Source: Parcubacteria group bacterium (GTDB lineage Bacteria > Patescibacteriota > Minisyncoccia > Phycocordibacterales > UBA2135). Taken from it: DNA of 64,000 nucleotides. A program made the translations under genes and the position numbers. Below are positions 46,423-56,511 of the stretch, piece by piece. Numbering within the stretch: position 1 is the stretch's first letter; each line of letters starts with the position of its first letter. Location of the stretch: assembly GCA_016204045.1 (NCBI GenBank), contig JACQLQ010000001.1, positions 257,792-321,791 of the forward strand, read 5' to 3'. The notes beneath the pieces are model-generated. The model was not told the DNA's origin and searched no databases. It saw only the letters and a list, made by a program, of their open reading frames with translations.

Positions 46423-48795
46423 ATGGAAATTCTTAAAAATTTTGTAGCCGATATTTCTGGTGAGCGGAGTAAGCAAGATGCCGGTACGTCCATCGATGCT
46501 CTTATCGCATGGGTCATCGTTGCTGGGTTCTTTCTTACCCCCCTTCTTTTCGTACCTTTTGAAAGTATCCCGCTCGAGTGGGGAAAGATGCTTTTTATCG
46601 CGGCAATCGCTCTAGCCACCCTCGTGCTTTGGGTTGTGGCGCGGCTCAAGGAAGGAGCGATCAGTATCCCTAAGAGCCCAATACTTCTCGCCGCTTTCGC
46701 AATAGTCGTCGTCTTCATTTTGGCGGCCCTCTTTTCTCCGGTCATGAGTGTCTCTCTTGGCGGGGTTGCGTATGAATTTGGCACGGCACTCTCCTTTGCC
46801 TTTCTCTTCGTGCTTCTTGTTCTTGTTTCCGCCCTATTCCGCAATGCCTACTGGGTTTCTCTTTCCTACTTCGCGCTTTTCCTCTCATTTCTCGTTGCCT
46901 TTGTCTATCATGCCTTGCGGTTAGTGGTCGGAGTTGATTTTCTAGATTTTGGAATTTTCACGTCAGAATCGATGAGTCTCTTAGGGAAGTGGAATGACTT
47001 TGGAATCTTTGCGGGTCTTGTAGCTCTTTTAACGCTCATGATTATTGAGCTTTCCTATCCCCAGGGTCGCATGCGGATTTTTGCCTACACTCTGCTTGGG
47101 GCGGCACTTATTGTTCTTGCTACCATCAACTTCTCTGTTTCCTGGATACTTCTTGGGGGAACCGCGCTTGTTATGGTCGTGTATCACCTGTCTGTCACGC
47201 GTTTTGTTGAGACACAAAGGAAAAAGGTATACGCATTTCCAGTCACTGCACTCGTGGTACTTCTCATTGCTTCGGTCTTTTTGATGGCCGGAAGCGCCAT
47301 TGGAAACGCCATTCGGCAGTACGTACCGCTCCCTTCTGTTGTGGAAGTACGCCCCTCCTGGTCTGCAACAGTCGACATTATTAAGCAAACATGGAAGGAG
47401 CAACCCCTTGTCGGGAATGGTCCGAACCGCTTCAATATTTCCTGGCTTCTTCACAAGCCCGACGCAATCAATGCAACACAACTCTGGAATACCGATTTTC
47501 GCCACGGGGTCGGTCTCATCCCCACCTACGCGGTGACCGCCGGCCTTTTGGGCTTGCTTGCTTGGCTTGTGTTCTTCGGCACCTTCTTGTATAGTGCCGC
47601 TCGCTCACTCTTTGCCTTTAGTGACACGCGCACGAACTACCTCGTCCTCTCATCGTTTGTTGCGGCACTGTATCTGTGGCTCACAGCAATTTTCTACACT
47701 CCAGGGGTCACCATTGTCGCGTTCGCCTTCTTCTTTACTGGGATTTTTATCGCACTTCTCGCGCAAAAAAAAGAGATTCCGAGTATTGAATTTTCTTACA
47801 TTCGCGATCCGCGAACCGGCTTCTTCTCTGTTCTTGCTCTTGTGGCGCTTCTCGTCGTTACTGCTGGAGGAATGTACGATTTCGGGAAACGTGGGCTTTC
47901 GCTCCTCTCATACCACCAAGGCAGTGTTGCGGCGGCCGAGGGCAATCTTGATAAAGCAGACGCAGCGCTTGTGCGTGCAGGCGCACTCCAGGATTCAGAT
48001 GTCGTATACCGCTCGCTTTCTGAAATACGAATAGGACGGCTATCTACGCTCTTGGGAAGGCAAGACTTGTCACCAGACAACGCTCGCGCGGAGTTCCAGA
48101 ATATTCTAGGGAGCACGATAGACGCCGCACAGAACGCCGTGCGATACGATACGACAAATTATCGAAACTGGCTTACTCTCTCAAGGGTGTACACGGCCGT
48201 TGTCCCACTCAATGTGACAGGGGCGTATGAGAATGCAAAAGCGGGCCTGGAGCAGTCGCGCCTCTATAACCCCAAGAGTCCCGAGCTTTTCCTCGAGGAG
48301 GCGCGCCTGGAGGCAGGCCGCGGTGATAACGACAAAGCTCGCGAGCTCATCCAGCAATCGCTTGTTCTCAAAAACAACTACACAGATGCGATATTCCTCT
48401 TGGCGCAGATGCAGATTGACGAGGGGAACGTCAAAGATGCTATTCGCTCGGTGGAGCAGGCGTCTATCATCGATGCGAATAATCCCGGGGTTTTCTTCCG
48501 TCTTGGTCTCTTGCGCTATGCAAACAAGGACTACCGCGGCGCGGCATCGGCATTTGAGCGTGCAGTAACGCTTCTCCCCGATTACGCCAATGCGCAGTAT
48601 TATCTCGGTCTCTCACTCGACATGATAGGGGAGAGCGAGCGGGCAATTGCGATATTTGATGGGCTTACAAAAACAAACCCCGATAACGAGGACATCAAGA
48701 ACATCCTCGAGAACCTAAAAGACGGGCGAGCCCCCTTTGCTGAACGCAAAACCGCATCGCCAGCCGAACTTGACGAACCGCCTATAGAAGAATAA
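46423..48795 (+). CDS. O-antigen-ligase-like multi-TM protein with C-terminal TPR repeats
   Basis: Many TM helices, PLVGNGPNRF Wzy_C-like motif, C-terminal TPRs. Confidence 0.82.
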   Translation: MEILKNFVADISGERSKQDAGTSIDALIAWVIVAGFFLTPLLFVPFESIPLEWGKMLFIAAIALATLVLWVVARLKEGAISIPKSPILLAAFAIVVVFILAALFSPVMSVSLGGVAYEFGTALSFAFLFVLLVLVSALFRNAYWVSLSYFALFLSFLVAFVYHALRLVVGVDFLDFGIFTSESMSLLGKWNDFGIFAGLVALLTLMIIELSYPQGRMRIFAYTLLGAALIVLATINFSVSWILLGGTALVMVVYHLSVTRFVETQRKKVYAFPVTALVVLLIASVFLMAGSAIGNAIRQYVPLPSVVEVRPSWSATVDIIKQTWKEQPLVGNGPNRFNISWLLHKPDAINATQLWNTDFRHGVGLIPTYAVTAGLLGLLAWLVFFGTFLYSAARSLFAFSDTRTNYLVLSSFVAALYLWLTAIFYTPGVTIVAFAFFFTGIFIALLAQKKEIPSIEFSYIRDPRTGFFSVLALVALLVVTAGGMYDFGKRGLSLLSYHQGSVAAAEGNLDKADAALVRAGALQDSDVVYRSLSEIRIGRLSTLLGRQDLSPDNARAEFQNILGSTIDAAQNAVRYDTTNYRNWLTLSRVYTAVVPLNVTGAYENAKAGLEQSRLYNPKSPELFLEEARLEAGRGDNDKARELIQQSLVLKNNYTDAIFLLAQMQIDEGNVKDAIRSVEQASIIDANNPGVFFRLGLLRYANKDYRGAASAFERAVTLLPDYANAQYYLGLSLDMIGESERAIAIFDGLTKTNPDNEDIKNILENLKDGRAPFAERKTASPAELDEPPIEE

Positions 48796-48869
48796 GTAAT
48801 GGATTATTGCTAGAGTGTGCCTGCCCTACCCACATAATCGGGTAGGGCAGCACTCTAAGTCCCTCTCTA

Positions 48870-50543
48870 ATGGTCACGAAGTTAAAAGATCTCTTATATG
48901 GAGAGACAAGCGGTCTTCTTGAGGCCGCTTTTCTCCTTGGTGGGTTTGCACTCTTCTCAAAGTTGCTTGCTTTGGTGCGTGACCGCCTCCTCGCGGGGAA
49001 CTTTGGGGCAGGTCTCGAGCTCGATATTTACTATGCGGCGTTTCGTGTGCCTGATTTTGTTTTTATTTCACTCGCGTCTCTCGTCGCTTCTGCCGTCTTG
49101 ATTCCGTTTTTCGTAGAGAGGCTTGGAGACAAGGAAGACGCGGAGCGTTTCTTCAACTCCATATTTACGGTTTTCTTCCTAGCCATCACTGTCGTCTCGG
49201 CAATCCTCTTTGTCGCCATGCCGAGACTCGCGCCCCTCGTTGTCCCTGGTTTTGACCCGGCATCAGAAGAGACAATGATACTGCTTTCGCGCATCATGCT
49301 TCTTTCCCCGATACTTCTCGGCCTTTCTGGCCTTTTCGCGAGTGTGACGCAGGCGCTTCGGAGGTTTTTTATCTACGCCCTGACGCCGGTTGTGTATAAT
49401 CTCGGTATCATTCTCGGCATTCTCTTCCTCTACCCGACCTTTGGAATGCCGGGGCTTGCGTACGGGGTTGTTTTGGGCTCTCTTCTCCACTTCGCTATTC
49501 AATTGCCAGTGCTCGCGCGGAATGGCTTTCTCCCCAGATTCTCATTTGGATTGCGGTTTGCTGAGCTCGAGCGTGTACTCGCGCTTTCCTTGCCGAGGAC
49601 GATTACTCTGTCGGCAAATCATCTTGTGATCCTAATTTTTATCGCGATGGCCTCTCTTGTCGCGGAAGGTTCAATCGCCGTCTTCAATCTCTCCTACAAT
49701 CTCCAATCTGTCCCGCTCTCGGTTATCGGAATTAGTTATTCGGTTGCCGCATTTCCCACCCTTGCGTATCTGCTTTCAAACGGGAAGCGTACGGCGTTTG
49801 TGTCCCAGATTTTGACCGCAGCTCGGCACATTATCTTTTGGTCAATCCCGATAACCGTGCTTTTTATTGTCCTGCGTGCACAGATTGTTCGAACCATTTT
49901 CGGCACAGGAGAGTTTGGATGGGCGGAGACACGACTTACAGCCGCGGCACTAGCGCTGTTTGCGTTGTCCGTTGCCGCCCAAAGCTTACTCCTCCTTTTT
50001 GTCCGTGGGTATTATGCGGCCGGCTACACCAAGAAGCCGCTTTTTGTGAACGTGATTTCGGCGGTCGGCACCGTCCTCCTGGGATCTTTCCTCTTCTCGC
50101 TCTTCTCCTCATCAGAGACATTCAAGTATTTCATTGAGACGGTCCTGCGCGTCGAGGGTCTTGAGGGCACCTCCATTCTCATGCTCCCACTTGCGTTTTC
50201 GATAGGTCAGATACTAAACCTCGTCGCATTGTGGATCTTCTTCTCGCGCGACTTTGATGCGCCGTTTAAAGAGGTGTGGCTCACACTGCGGCACAGTTTC
50301 TACGGTGCGGTTGCGATGGGGTTTGTTTCGTTCGAGTCTCTTCGCGTATTCGATGACGTCTTTGATCTAAACACACTCTTTGGCATCTTCTCTCAAGGAT
50401 TCCTCTCGGGTCTCATCGGTATCTTGGCCGGGATTCTTTTATTGCTTCTTCTTGGTAACCAGGAGGTCAAAGAAATTGGCAAGGCTCTCCACGGGAAGTT
50501 CTGGCGAGGGAAACCCATTGCACCAGACCAGGGGGAACTGTAA
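48870..50543 (+). CDS. murJ: Lipid II flippase MurJ (MviN)
   Basis: SKLLALVRDRLLA..FGAG..LDIYYAAFRVPD motif; about 14 TM. Confidence 0.93.
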   Translation: MVTKLKDLLYGETSGLLEAAFLLGGFALFSKLLALVRDRLLAGNFGAGLELDIYYAAFRVPDFVFISLASLVASAVLIPFFVERLGDKEDAERFFNSIFTVFFLAITVVSAILFVAMPRLAPLVVPGFDPASEETMILLSRIMLLSPILLGLSGLFASVTQALRRFFIYALTPVVYNLGIILGILFLYPTFGMPGLAYGVVLGSLLHFAIQLPVLARNGFLPRFSFGLRFAELERVLALSLPRTITLSANHLVILIFIAMASLVAEGSIAVFNLSYNLQSVPLSVIGISYSVAAFPTLAYLLSNGKRTAFVSQILTAARHIIFWSIPITVLFIVLRAQIVRTIFGTGEFGWAETRLTAAALALFALSVAAQSLLLLFVRGYYAAGYTKKPLFVNVISAVGTVLLGSFLFSLFSSSETFKYFIETVLRVEGLEGTSILMLPLAFSIGQILNLVALWIFFSRDFDAPFKEVWLTLRHSFYGAVAMGFVSFESLRVFDDVFDLNTLFGIFSQGFLSGLIGILAGILLLLLLGNQEVKEIGKALHGKFWRGKPIAPDQGEL

Positions 50544-50559
50544 GTTGTTGGCGTTTAGA

Positions 50560-50756
50560 AAACAAAAGCCTGCCTCGCGTAGAGCGAGACAGGCGATTAG
50601 CGGTTGTGGATCCAAAAATTCTTAAGCCACAACAACCATAGTTTATGATGCGCGGTTACGTGGGAGGGGAATTTCCCATCACGTCCCCAACCAAATACTC
50701 GAAGAATGACATCGCGACCTCACAGTGATGAGCATCACACACCCCAAAGAATTGCT
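50560..50756 (-). ncRNA. Candidate orphan small RNA or small-peptide transcript
   Basis: Minus-strand TTGACA-N17-TATTGT (50791-50763) and terminator (50594-50559) bracket ~195 nt with only an 18-codon ORF. Confidence 0.4.
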
Positions 50757-50843
50757 ACACAGACAATAGCCATTCTTCACGCGCCTGTCAATTTCCCGCA
50801 TTCTCCCACGGACTACATCTGTGGGAGAATGCGGGAATACAGG

Positions 50844-50931
50844 AAGGGGTCGGGGAACCAGTAGGGTTCCCCGTGGAGGAGTTAAGTGATGCAAGCGGGG
50901 CGGAGCATCGCGATTCTAGAACCGTGGGTTC
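50844..50931 (+). repeat. ~88 bp structured repeat, copy 1
   Basis: Closely matches reverse complement of 59194-59279, with compensatory changes in stems. Confidence 0.75.
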
Positions 50932-50973
50932 ATTGTTTTGGAGAAAAGGGCATTTTCAGGTATTGTTGAATCA

Positions 50974-52770
50974 ATGGATACGAAGCTTATTCGAAACTTT
51001 AGCATTATCGCGCATATCGATCACGGGAAGTCTACTTTAGCTGACCGGATGCTTGAGGTAACAGGGACTATCGAAAAGCGCAAAATGCGTGAGCAGGTTT
51101 TGGATGATATGGAGCTCGAAAGGGAGAAGGGGATCACGATTAAGATGACACCCGTCACGATGCGCCACAATCTAGGGGGTACCGACTATAAGTTGAACTT
51201 GATTGACACCCCAGGCCACATCGACTTTTCTTACGAAGTTTCCCGGTCGCTAAAGGCTGTCGAAGGGGCGATTTTGCTCGTGGATGCTACCCAGGGCGTA
51301 CAGGCGCAGACACTCTCGGTTTTTGAGATGGCGCGTGCTCAAGAACTCGTACTGATCCCCGTTGTCTCAAAGATTGACTCCCCGCTCGCGCGTATTGAGG
51401 AAGTGAGGGAAGAGCTCGCGTCTTTACTCGACGTACCCCCGGAAACTGTTGTGGGTGTGTCGGGCAAGACAGGAGAAGGAGTCCCCGAGCTACTCAAGGC
51501 AATTATTGAGCGTATCCCAGCCCCTACAAGCGCTTCAGGAAAGTCACTTCAGGCGCTTGTCTTTGATTATGCTTTTTCGGAGCATCGCGGCATTGTTATG
51601 TATGTGCGTGTCTTTGGAGGTGTGGTGAAAAAGGCTGATGAACTTTCACTTAAAATACGAGGAGAACAGTTTAAGTCACTTGAAGTTGGACAATTTGCAC
51701 CGACTCAGCGACCCGTGGAGGAGCTTGGTGCAGGTGAAATTGGGTATGTTGTCTCTGGTGTTAAGGAGGCGGGTAAAGCGATTATTGGAGACACCCTTAC
51801 CAGTGCCAAGAGCCCGAGCGAAACGCTCCCTGGATATCGAGAGCCCCAAAGTATGGTATGGATCTCGCTGTACCCAGAAAGCCAAAGTGACTTCTATGAA
51901 CTGAAAAGTGCCTTAGAGCGGCTCAAATTATCGGACGCAGCTCTTTCCTTTGAAGGAGAAATGTCTCCAACACTTGGGCGAGGGTTCCGGTGTGGGTTCC
52001 TTGGGATGCTTCACTTGGAAATAGTAATTGAACGGTTACGTCGCGAGTTTGGTCTTAAGTTAGTCGTAACCTCTCCGTCCATTGTGTACGAAGTAGAAAA
52101 AAAAGGTAAACGTGAGAAAATCTACTCACCGACACAGTTTCCAGATCATGGAACATATGAAAAGGTATATGAACCTTGGGTTCGTCTTACGATTATTACG
52201 CCTGAAGCGCGCTTGGGGGATGTCATCAAACTTTGCTACACACACGAAGGCGTGGCTGGGGCGTCAGAAAACTGGAGTGGCGGGCGTGTCTCCTTGTTGG
52301 TCGAAATGCCACTTCGTGAGCTTATGCGCGGGTTTTTCGATGAGCTGAAAAGTGCTTCATCGGGATTTGCTTCGCTTTCGTACGAACCCCTCGATATGCG
52401 TGAGGCTGAAGTAGCGCGCCTCGATATTCTTGTTGCTGATGAGTCCGTCACCGCGTTTTCACAAGTCGTCTCGCTCGCCCGTGCCTACGATGAGGCAAAG
52501 GATTCCGTAGAGCGACTCTATGATGTTCTCCCAAAACAGCTTTTCCCCGTCAAAATCCAAGGGCGCGCGCGGGGGCGCATTCTCTCATCAAAAACACTAC
52601 CCGCAATGCGCAAGGACGTGACGGGGTATCTGTACGGAGGAGACATTACACGAAAAATGAAGCTTTTGGAGAAACAGAAGAAGGGCAAGAAAAAGATGCT
52701 TGCGCGCGGAAAAGGAAGCGTCGAGATCCCGCAGGATGTGTTCGTTAAAATGATCCGACGAGAAAAATGA
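50974..52770 (+). CDS. lepA: Elongation factor 4 (LepA)
   Basis: IRNFSIIAHIDHGKSTLADR, DTPGHIDF, GFLGMLH and YGGDITRK motifs. Confidence 0.98.
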   Translation: MDTKLIRNFSIIAHIDHGKSTLADRMLEVTGTIEKRKMREQVLDDMELEREKGITIKMTPVTMRHNLGGTDYKLNLIDTPGHIDFSYEVSRSLKAVEGAILLVDATQGVQAQTLSVFEMARAQELVLIPVVSKIDSPLARIEEVREELASLLDVPPETVVGVSGKTGEGVPELLKAIIERIPAPTSASGKSLQALVFDYAFSEHRGIVMYVRVFGGVVKKADELSLKIRGEQFKSLEVGQFAPTQRPVEELGAGEIGYVVSGVKEAGKAIIGDTLTSAKSPSETLPGYREPQSMVWISLYPESQSDFYELKSALERLKLSDAALSFEGEMSPTLGRGFRCGFLGMLHLEIVIERLRREFGLKLVVTSPSIVYEVEKKGKREKIYSPTQFPDHGTYEKVYEPWVRLTIITPEARLGDVIKLCYTHEGVAGASENWSGGRVSLLVEMPLRELMRGFFDELKSASSGFASLSYEPLDMREAEVARLDILVADESVTAFSQVVSLARAYDEAKDSVERLYDVLPKQLFPVKIQGRARGRILSSKTLPAMRKDVTGYLYGGDITRKMKLLEKQKKGKKKMLARGKGSVEIPQDVFVKMIRREK

Positions 52771-52935
52771 TCCTTTGGATAGTGTATTTAGTAAAATAGC
52801 CCAGGTGCGTAAGCGAGAATCATCGAGAGGATGACAAAAATCCCAAGTACGATCCACACCCACTTCACTATTTTTTTGTTTCGTTGATCGAAAAGCATAC
52901 CTCATACTTTATACCAAATATTGTATACTAACAAT

Positions 52936-53325
52936 ATGCGCTCAATCCAAAAGAAACAGCGTTTTTTGCGTCTCCTCTACTCGCGTCTTTCTCTTGGCCT
53001 TCTCCTACTCGTTCTTCTTATGGGTGTAAGCGCAGTGTGGAATGTCTACGGGAAGTTCAAAGATGCTGCCAGGGAGCGCCTGCAGAGCAAAGAGGCCCTA
53101 TCGGGGATTGAGGAGCGCATCACCCAGGTGAGAGAGGATGTCGCTCAACTAAAGACCGTAGAAGGGGTTGAGGAAGAGTTTCGAACCACCTTTGGCTTGG
53201 TCAAGAAAGGCGAGGGGGTGATTGTGGTCATTAATGATAAAAATCAAGCCGGGGTTGAGGAGGACGCACAGGGAGGCTTTTGGGCAAACATCTCTAGGGG
53301 CTTGAAAAGCCTCCTTGGAATGTAG
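52936..53325 (+). CDS. Septum formation initiator (FtsB/DivIC-like)
   Basis: TM plus coiled coil plus E...R..FGLVKKGE motif. Confidence 0.8.
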   Translation: MRSIQKKQRFLRLLYSRLSLGLLLLVLLMGVSAVWNVYGKFKDAARERLQSKEALSGIEERITQVREDVAQLKTVEGVEEEFRTTFGLVKKGEGVIVVINDKNQAGVEEDAQGGFWANISRGLKSLLGM

Positions 53326-53346
53326 TATGAGATTATATGGGTGCGC

Positions 53347-53417
53347 GCGGGCATAGTTTAGTGGCAGAACAGTTGCTTCCCAAGCAACGGATCGGGGTTC
53401 GATTCCCCGTGCCCGCA
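53347..53417 (+). tRNA. tRNA-Gly(CCC)
   Basis: Acceptor GCGGGCA/TGCCCGC, anticodon arm GTTGC-TTCCCAA-GCAAC. Confidence 0.95.
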
Positions 53418-53458
53418 CTAAGAAAATAAAACACCCTCGAAAGAAGGTGTTGAAATTA

Positions 53459-54292
53459 TTACTCAGGTTTAAACTGGCGGCCAAGATTCCCCAAAAGTTT
53501 TGAGACATCGACGGGTGCTGACAAGACCCGGAACATTCTTTTCCTGCGTTCTTCGTTCCGTTCCATTGCACGTGAAATGGTATGGGTACCGTCAATCACG
53601 TCATCAACGAACCCCCACTTCTTTGCCTCATCGGCGGAAAGGAACGTATCAATGCGGCGCTCCATCAGTCCTTCAAGCATCTTTCGGATTTTTTCCGGAG
53701 GCGACTTTTGGAATTGCCCCTGCTCCTTTAGTCGCGCAACATATAGTCGCAGCATCATATCCTGGGTCTTCAAGAGCTCGACAAGCTGGGTTGTTGCTTC
53801 TTGGGTGAGCCCAGAAAATTCCCATGAACCATGGTGGAACATGTACCCCGTTGGCTCTCGCAGTACGAAGCGGTCTGCAGCAAGCGGAATAATCGAAGTC
53901 ATGGACCTCGCGTCTTTCATCGCGAGGACAGTTGTGGGGTTTGGCGAGGCGAGTAGCGCGCTAAACATTTGCATACCCTCTTCCCAAAATCCGCCACAAC
54001 TCGCAAGGTTGATCAAAATCGGACGCGTCGGATCAATGCTACTCAAGATGCCGAGATTGCGCTCAAATCGGCCTGCCATGTTGTGTTCAACGCCAGGCTC
54101 GAGGCTTTCCGGGGCGTCTGAGTGAATCACCGTCTCTTCATTGCCGAGATAGATCGTAAACGTGTCTAGGTCCACTCGATACGTGTGGACATTGTCCAGA
54201 ATGTGATTGTCGACACGTGTCTTCCGTCGAGGCGCCATGGGCGCCAGACGGGCATCGCTGCCTTTGGGGCGTCTTTTGATCTGGCGAGCCAT
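53459..54292 (-). CDS. Divergent ClpP-like protease
   Basis: ILINLASCGG, ARSMTSII (Ser), MFHHG (His) and DTFLSADEAKKWGFVD (Asp). Confidence 0.8.
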   Translation of the reverse strand: MARQIKRRPKGSDARLAPMAPRRKTRVDNHILDNVHTYRVDLDTFTIYLGNEETVIHSDAPESLEPGVEHNMAGRFERNLGILSSIDPTRPILINLASCGGFWEEGMQMFSALLASPNPTTVLAMKDARSMTSIIPLAADRFVLREPTGYMFHHGSWEFSGLTQEATTQLVELLKTQDMMLRLYVARLKEQGQFQKSPPEKIRKMLEGLMERRIDTFLSADEAKKWGFVDDVIDGTHTISRAMERNEERRKRMFRVLSAPVDVSKLLGNLGRQFKPE

Positions 54293-54450
54293 GGGGTTAC
54301 CTCGCAATCTGCTATTCTCCACCCATTGTATAGCTCAAAAATGGGAAAAGGCAAGAAGGCCTCCGCATTAGAACATATGTTTGTCCCAAACCGTTCTTTA
54401 ATGGGTGTAACCCTTTTAGATTTAAGTGTTTTTGCGATATAATGGGTACT

Positions 54451-55833
54451 ATGGTGCAAAAACATTACGACCTTGTCATTGTCGGCGCTGGTTCCGGATT
54501 GAACCTCGCGGCAAAAACTGCGGAGGCAAACAACTGGAAGGTTGCCGTCATCGAAAAAGGGCCGCTTGGCGGCACGTGCCTCAACCGTGGCTGTATCCCC
54601 TCAAAAATCCTCATCCACGCGGCAGATGTTGCAAATGAAATCCGTAGAGCACGAGAGTTTGGCATTGACGCAGAGATCACAGGTATTCGTTTTGCTGATG
54701 TGGTAAATCGAGCGAGCGAGTTTGTGGATGCTGATGCGGCAAAACTTGAGCGAGGAGTCCGCGCACACCCCGGAATCGACCTCTACGAGACAGAGGCATA
54801 TTTTGTAAGTGACAAAACACTAGATGTCGGCGGCCCTTCGAGTACCTCAGGACAAGAGACCATTACGGGCGAGCGCATTTTGATTGCGGCGGGGACGCGG
54901 CCCTTTGTTCCTCCGGTCCAGGGGATAGAGAGCATTGAATATTTGACGAGCGATGAAGCGCTAAGACTTACAAAGCAGCCGAAGTCCATGATTATCATAG
55001 GCGGTGGCTATATCTCTGCCGAATTGGGGCACTTTTTCGGTGCGCTGGGGACGGAGGTCACGATTATTGAAGCGGGGGAGCGGCTTATTGGTCGTGAAGA
55101 CAGTGATATTTCCGCCGCATTTACCCGTATTTTTTCGGAAAGCCATCGAGTTGTTTTGAATGCAAAAGTTATCTCTGTTGCACAAGGCAACGGACTAAAA
55201 CAGGTGATTGTTGAAGGCAAAGACGGGAAACAGCAGACGCTCGAAGCCGAAGCGTTACTCCTCACTACAGGGCGTCGGTCCGCAAGTGATCTACTGAAAC
55301 TCAAAGAAAACACGAAGATCGAATTAGACGAGCGCGGCTTTGTGAAAGTGAACGAATATCTGGAAACAAACGTGCCAAATGTCTGGGCGCTCGGGGATAT
55401 TGTTGGCAAGGCGCCGTTCAAGCATGGAGCCAACATGGAGGCGCGGCACCTGCTCGCGGCATTGACTGGTGGAAAGAAGACCCCCGTTGATTATTCGCTC
55501 ATGCCGCACGCGATTTTTTCTTACCCCCAAGTTGCAGGAGTCGGACTCACCGAGGAGGAGGCAAAAGCGAAAGGAATTAAATACGAAGTACGTAAAAAAG
55601 AATATGCCAAAACAGGCATGGGTAAGGCTCTTGAGGAAAAAGATGGTTTTGTAAAGTTCATCATTGATCCAGAAAAAGAAAAGATTTTAGGATGCCATAT
55701 TATGGGGCCCCATGCCTCAACACTTATCCACGAGGTTATCGTCGCCATGAAGGCGGGTGGTGACATTTCTCTTATTCGCGATTCTATCCATGTTCACCCC
55801 GCGCTCTCAGAGGTAGTTCAGAGGGCGTTGTAG
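54451..55833 (+). CDS. Dihydrolipoyl dehydrogenase / flavoprotein disulfide reductase family protein
   Basis: GAGSG, GGTCLNRGCIPSK, GGGYI and HPALSE motifs. Confidence 0.92.
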   Translation: MVQKHYDLVIVGAGSGLNLAAKTAEANNWKVAVIEKGPLGGTCLNRGCIPSKILIHAADVANEIRRAREFGIDAEITGIRFADVVNRASEFVDADAAKLERGVRAHPGIDLYETEAYFVSDKTLDVGGPSSTSGQETITGERILIAAGTRPFVPPVQGIESIEYLTSDEALRLTKQPKSMIIIGGGYISAELGHFFGALGTEVTIIEAGERLIGREDSDISAAFTRIFSESHRVVLNAKVISVAQGNGLKQVIVEGKDGKQQTLEAEALLLTTGRRSASDLLKLKENTKIELDERGFVKVNEYLETNVPNVWALGDIVGKAPFKHGANMEARHLLAALTGGKKTPVDYSLMPHAIFSYPQVAGVGLTEEEAKAKGIKYEVRKKEYAKTGMGKALEEKDGFVKFIIDPEKEKILGCHIMGPHASTLIHEVIVAMKAGGDISLIRDSIHVHPALSEVVQRAL

Positions 55834-55897
55834 TTAGGCCACAAAAAAACTCCAATCTGCCAGCTGGCGGATTGGAGTTTTTTTTCGTACCTACTTA

Positions 55898-56212
55898 CTA
55901 GATGAGAAGCAAGACGAAAGCGGTTAAGAGGAGGAAGGCGACAAGCCAAGCGAGTGTCGCGAGGAGGAACACAATAGCCTCTTTTTTCTGATTGTTGAGG
56001 TAAAGGTACACTGGCCACCCGAAGACCAAGAGGCTCGTAATCGTCGCCGATATGATAAAGAGGAGGAGCATGAAGATGGGAACAAACAACCCCTCTTCGT
56101 GCTTCCCAAAAATGCGCTCTGCATTGGAGAGGAACGAGGCCACCCCAAAAACATAGAGAAATACGCCGGACCCGTGCACGAAACTTTTAAAGAGATAATC
56201 AGAGTACTTCAT
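55898..56212 (-). CDS. Three-TM membrane protein
   Basis: Hydrophobic ORF with LLLFIISA..T..LVFG.P pattern. Confidence 0.75.
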   Translation of the reverse strand: MKYSDYLFKSFVHGSGVFLYVFGVASFLSNAERIFGKHEEGLFVPIFMLLLFIISATITSLLVFGWPVYLYLNNQKKEAIVFLLATLAWLVAFLLLTAFVLLLI

Positions 56213-56214
56213 GG

Positions 56215-56511
56215 TTATTTTTTAAGAAATCTATCTGCTAATACGTCTATTTCGTCTGGTGTAAAACGGAAATCTTGAGCAACCTTCACCAACGTTTCGT
56301 AAAACGACTTTGTGTGAGGGAGTTTCCTAATTTTGCTGAACTCCTCAACAGCTTTCAACTCTTCGTCCGAAAAGCGGCTATCAGATGCCGTCACCTTTTC
56401 CTCTAACGCATTCGCATAAGCAGCGAAAAACTCCGCAATGAATTGAGGATCTTCAATTCTTGATCGATGGGCTTCAAATTCTTCTCCTTTTGGTGCTGAT
56501 TCCGATGTCAT
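56215..56511 (-). CDS. Hypothetical protein
   Basis: TGTTATAAT 7 nt upstream of ATG 56511; charged helical sequence. Confidence 0.6.
   Translation of the reverse strand: MTSESAPKGEEFEAHRSRIEDPQFIAEFFAAYANALEEKVTASDSRFSDEELKAVEEFSKIRKLPHTKSFYETLVKVAQDFRFTPDEIDVLADRFLKK

Noticed and set aside
54451-55833. Mercuric reductase MerA
   Set aside because: No C-terminal Cys-Cys pair or N-terminal HMA domain; the HPxxSE motif fits the LpdA/Mtr-like group
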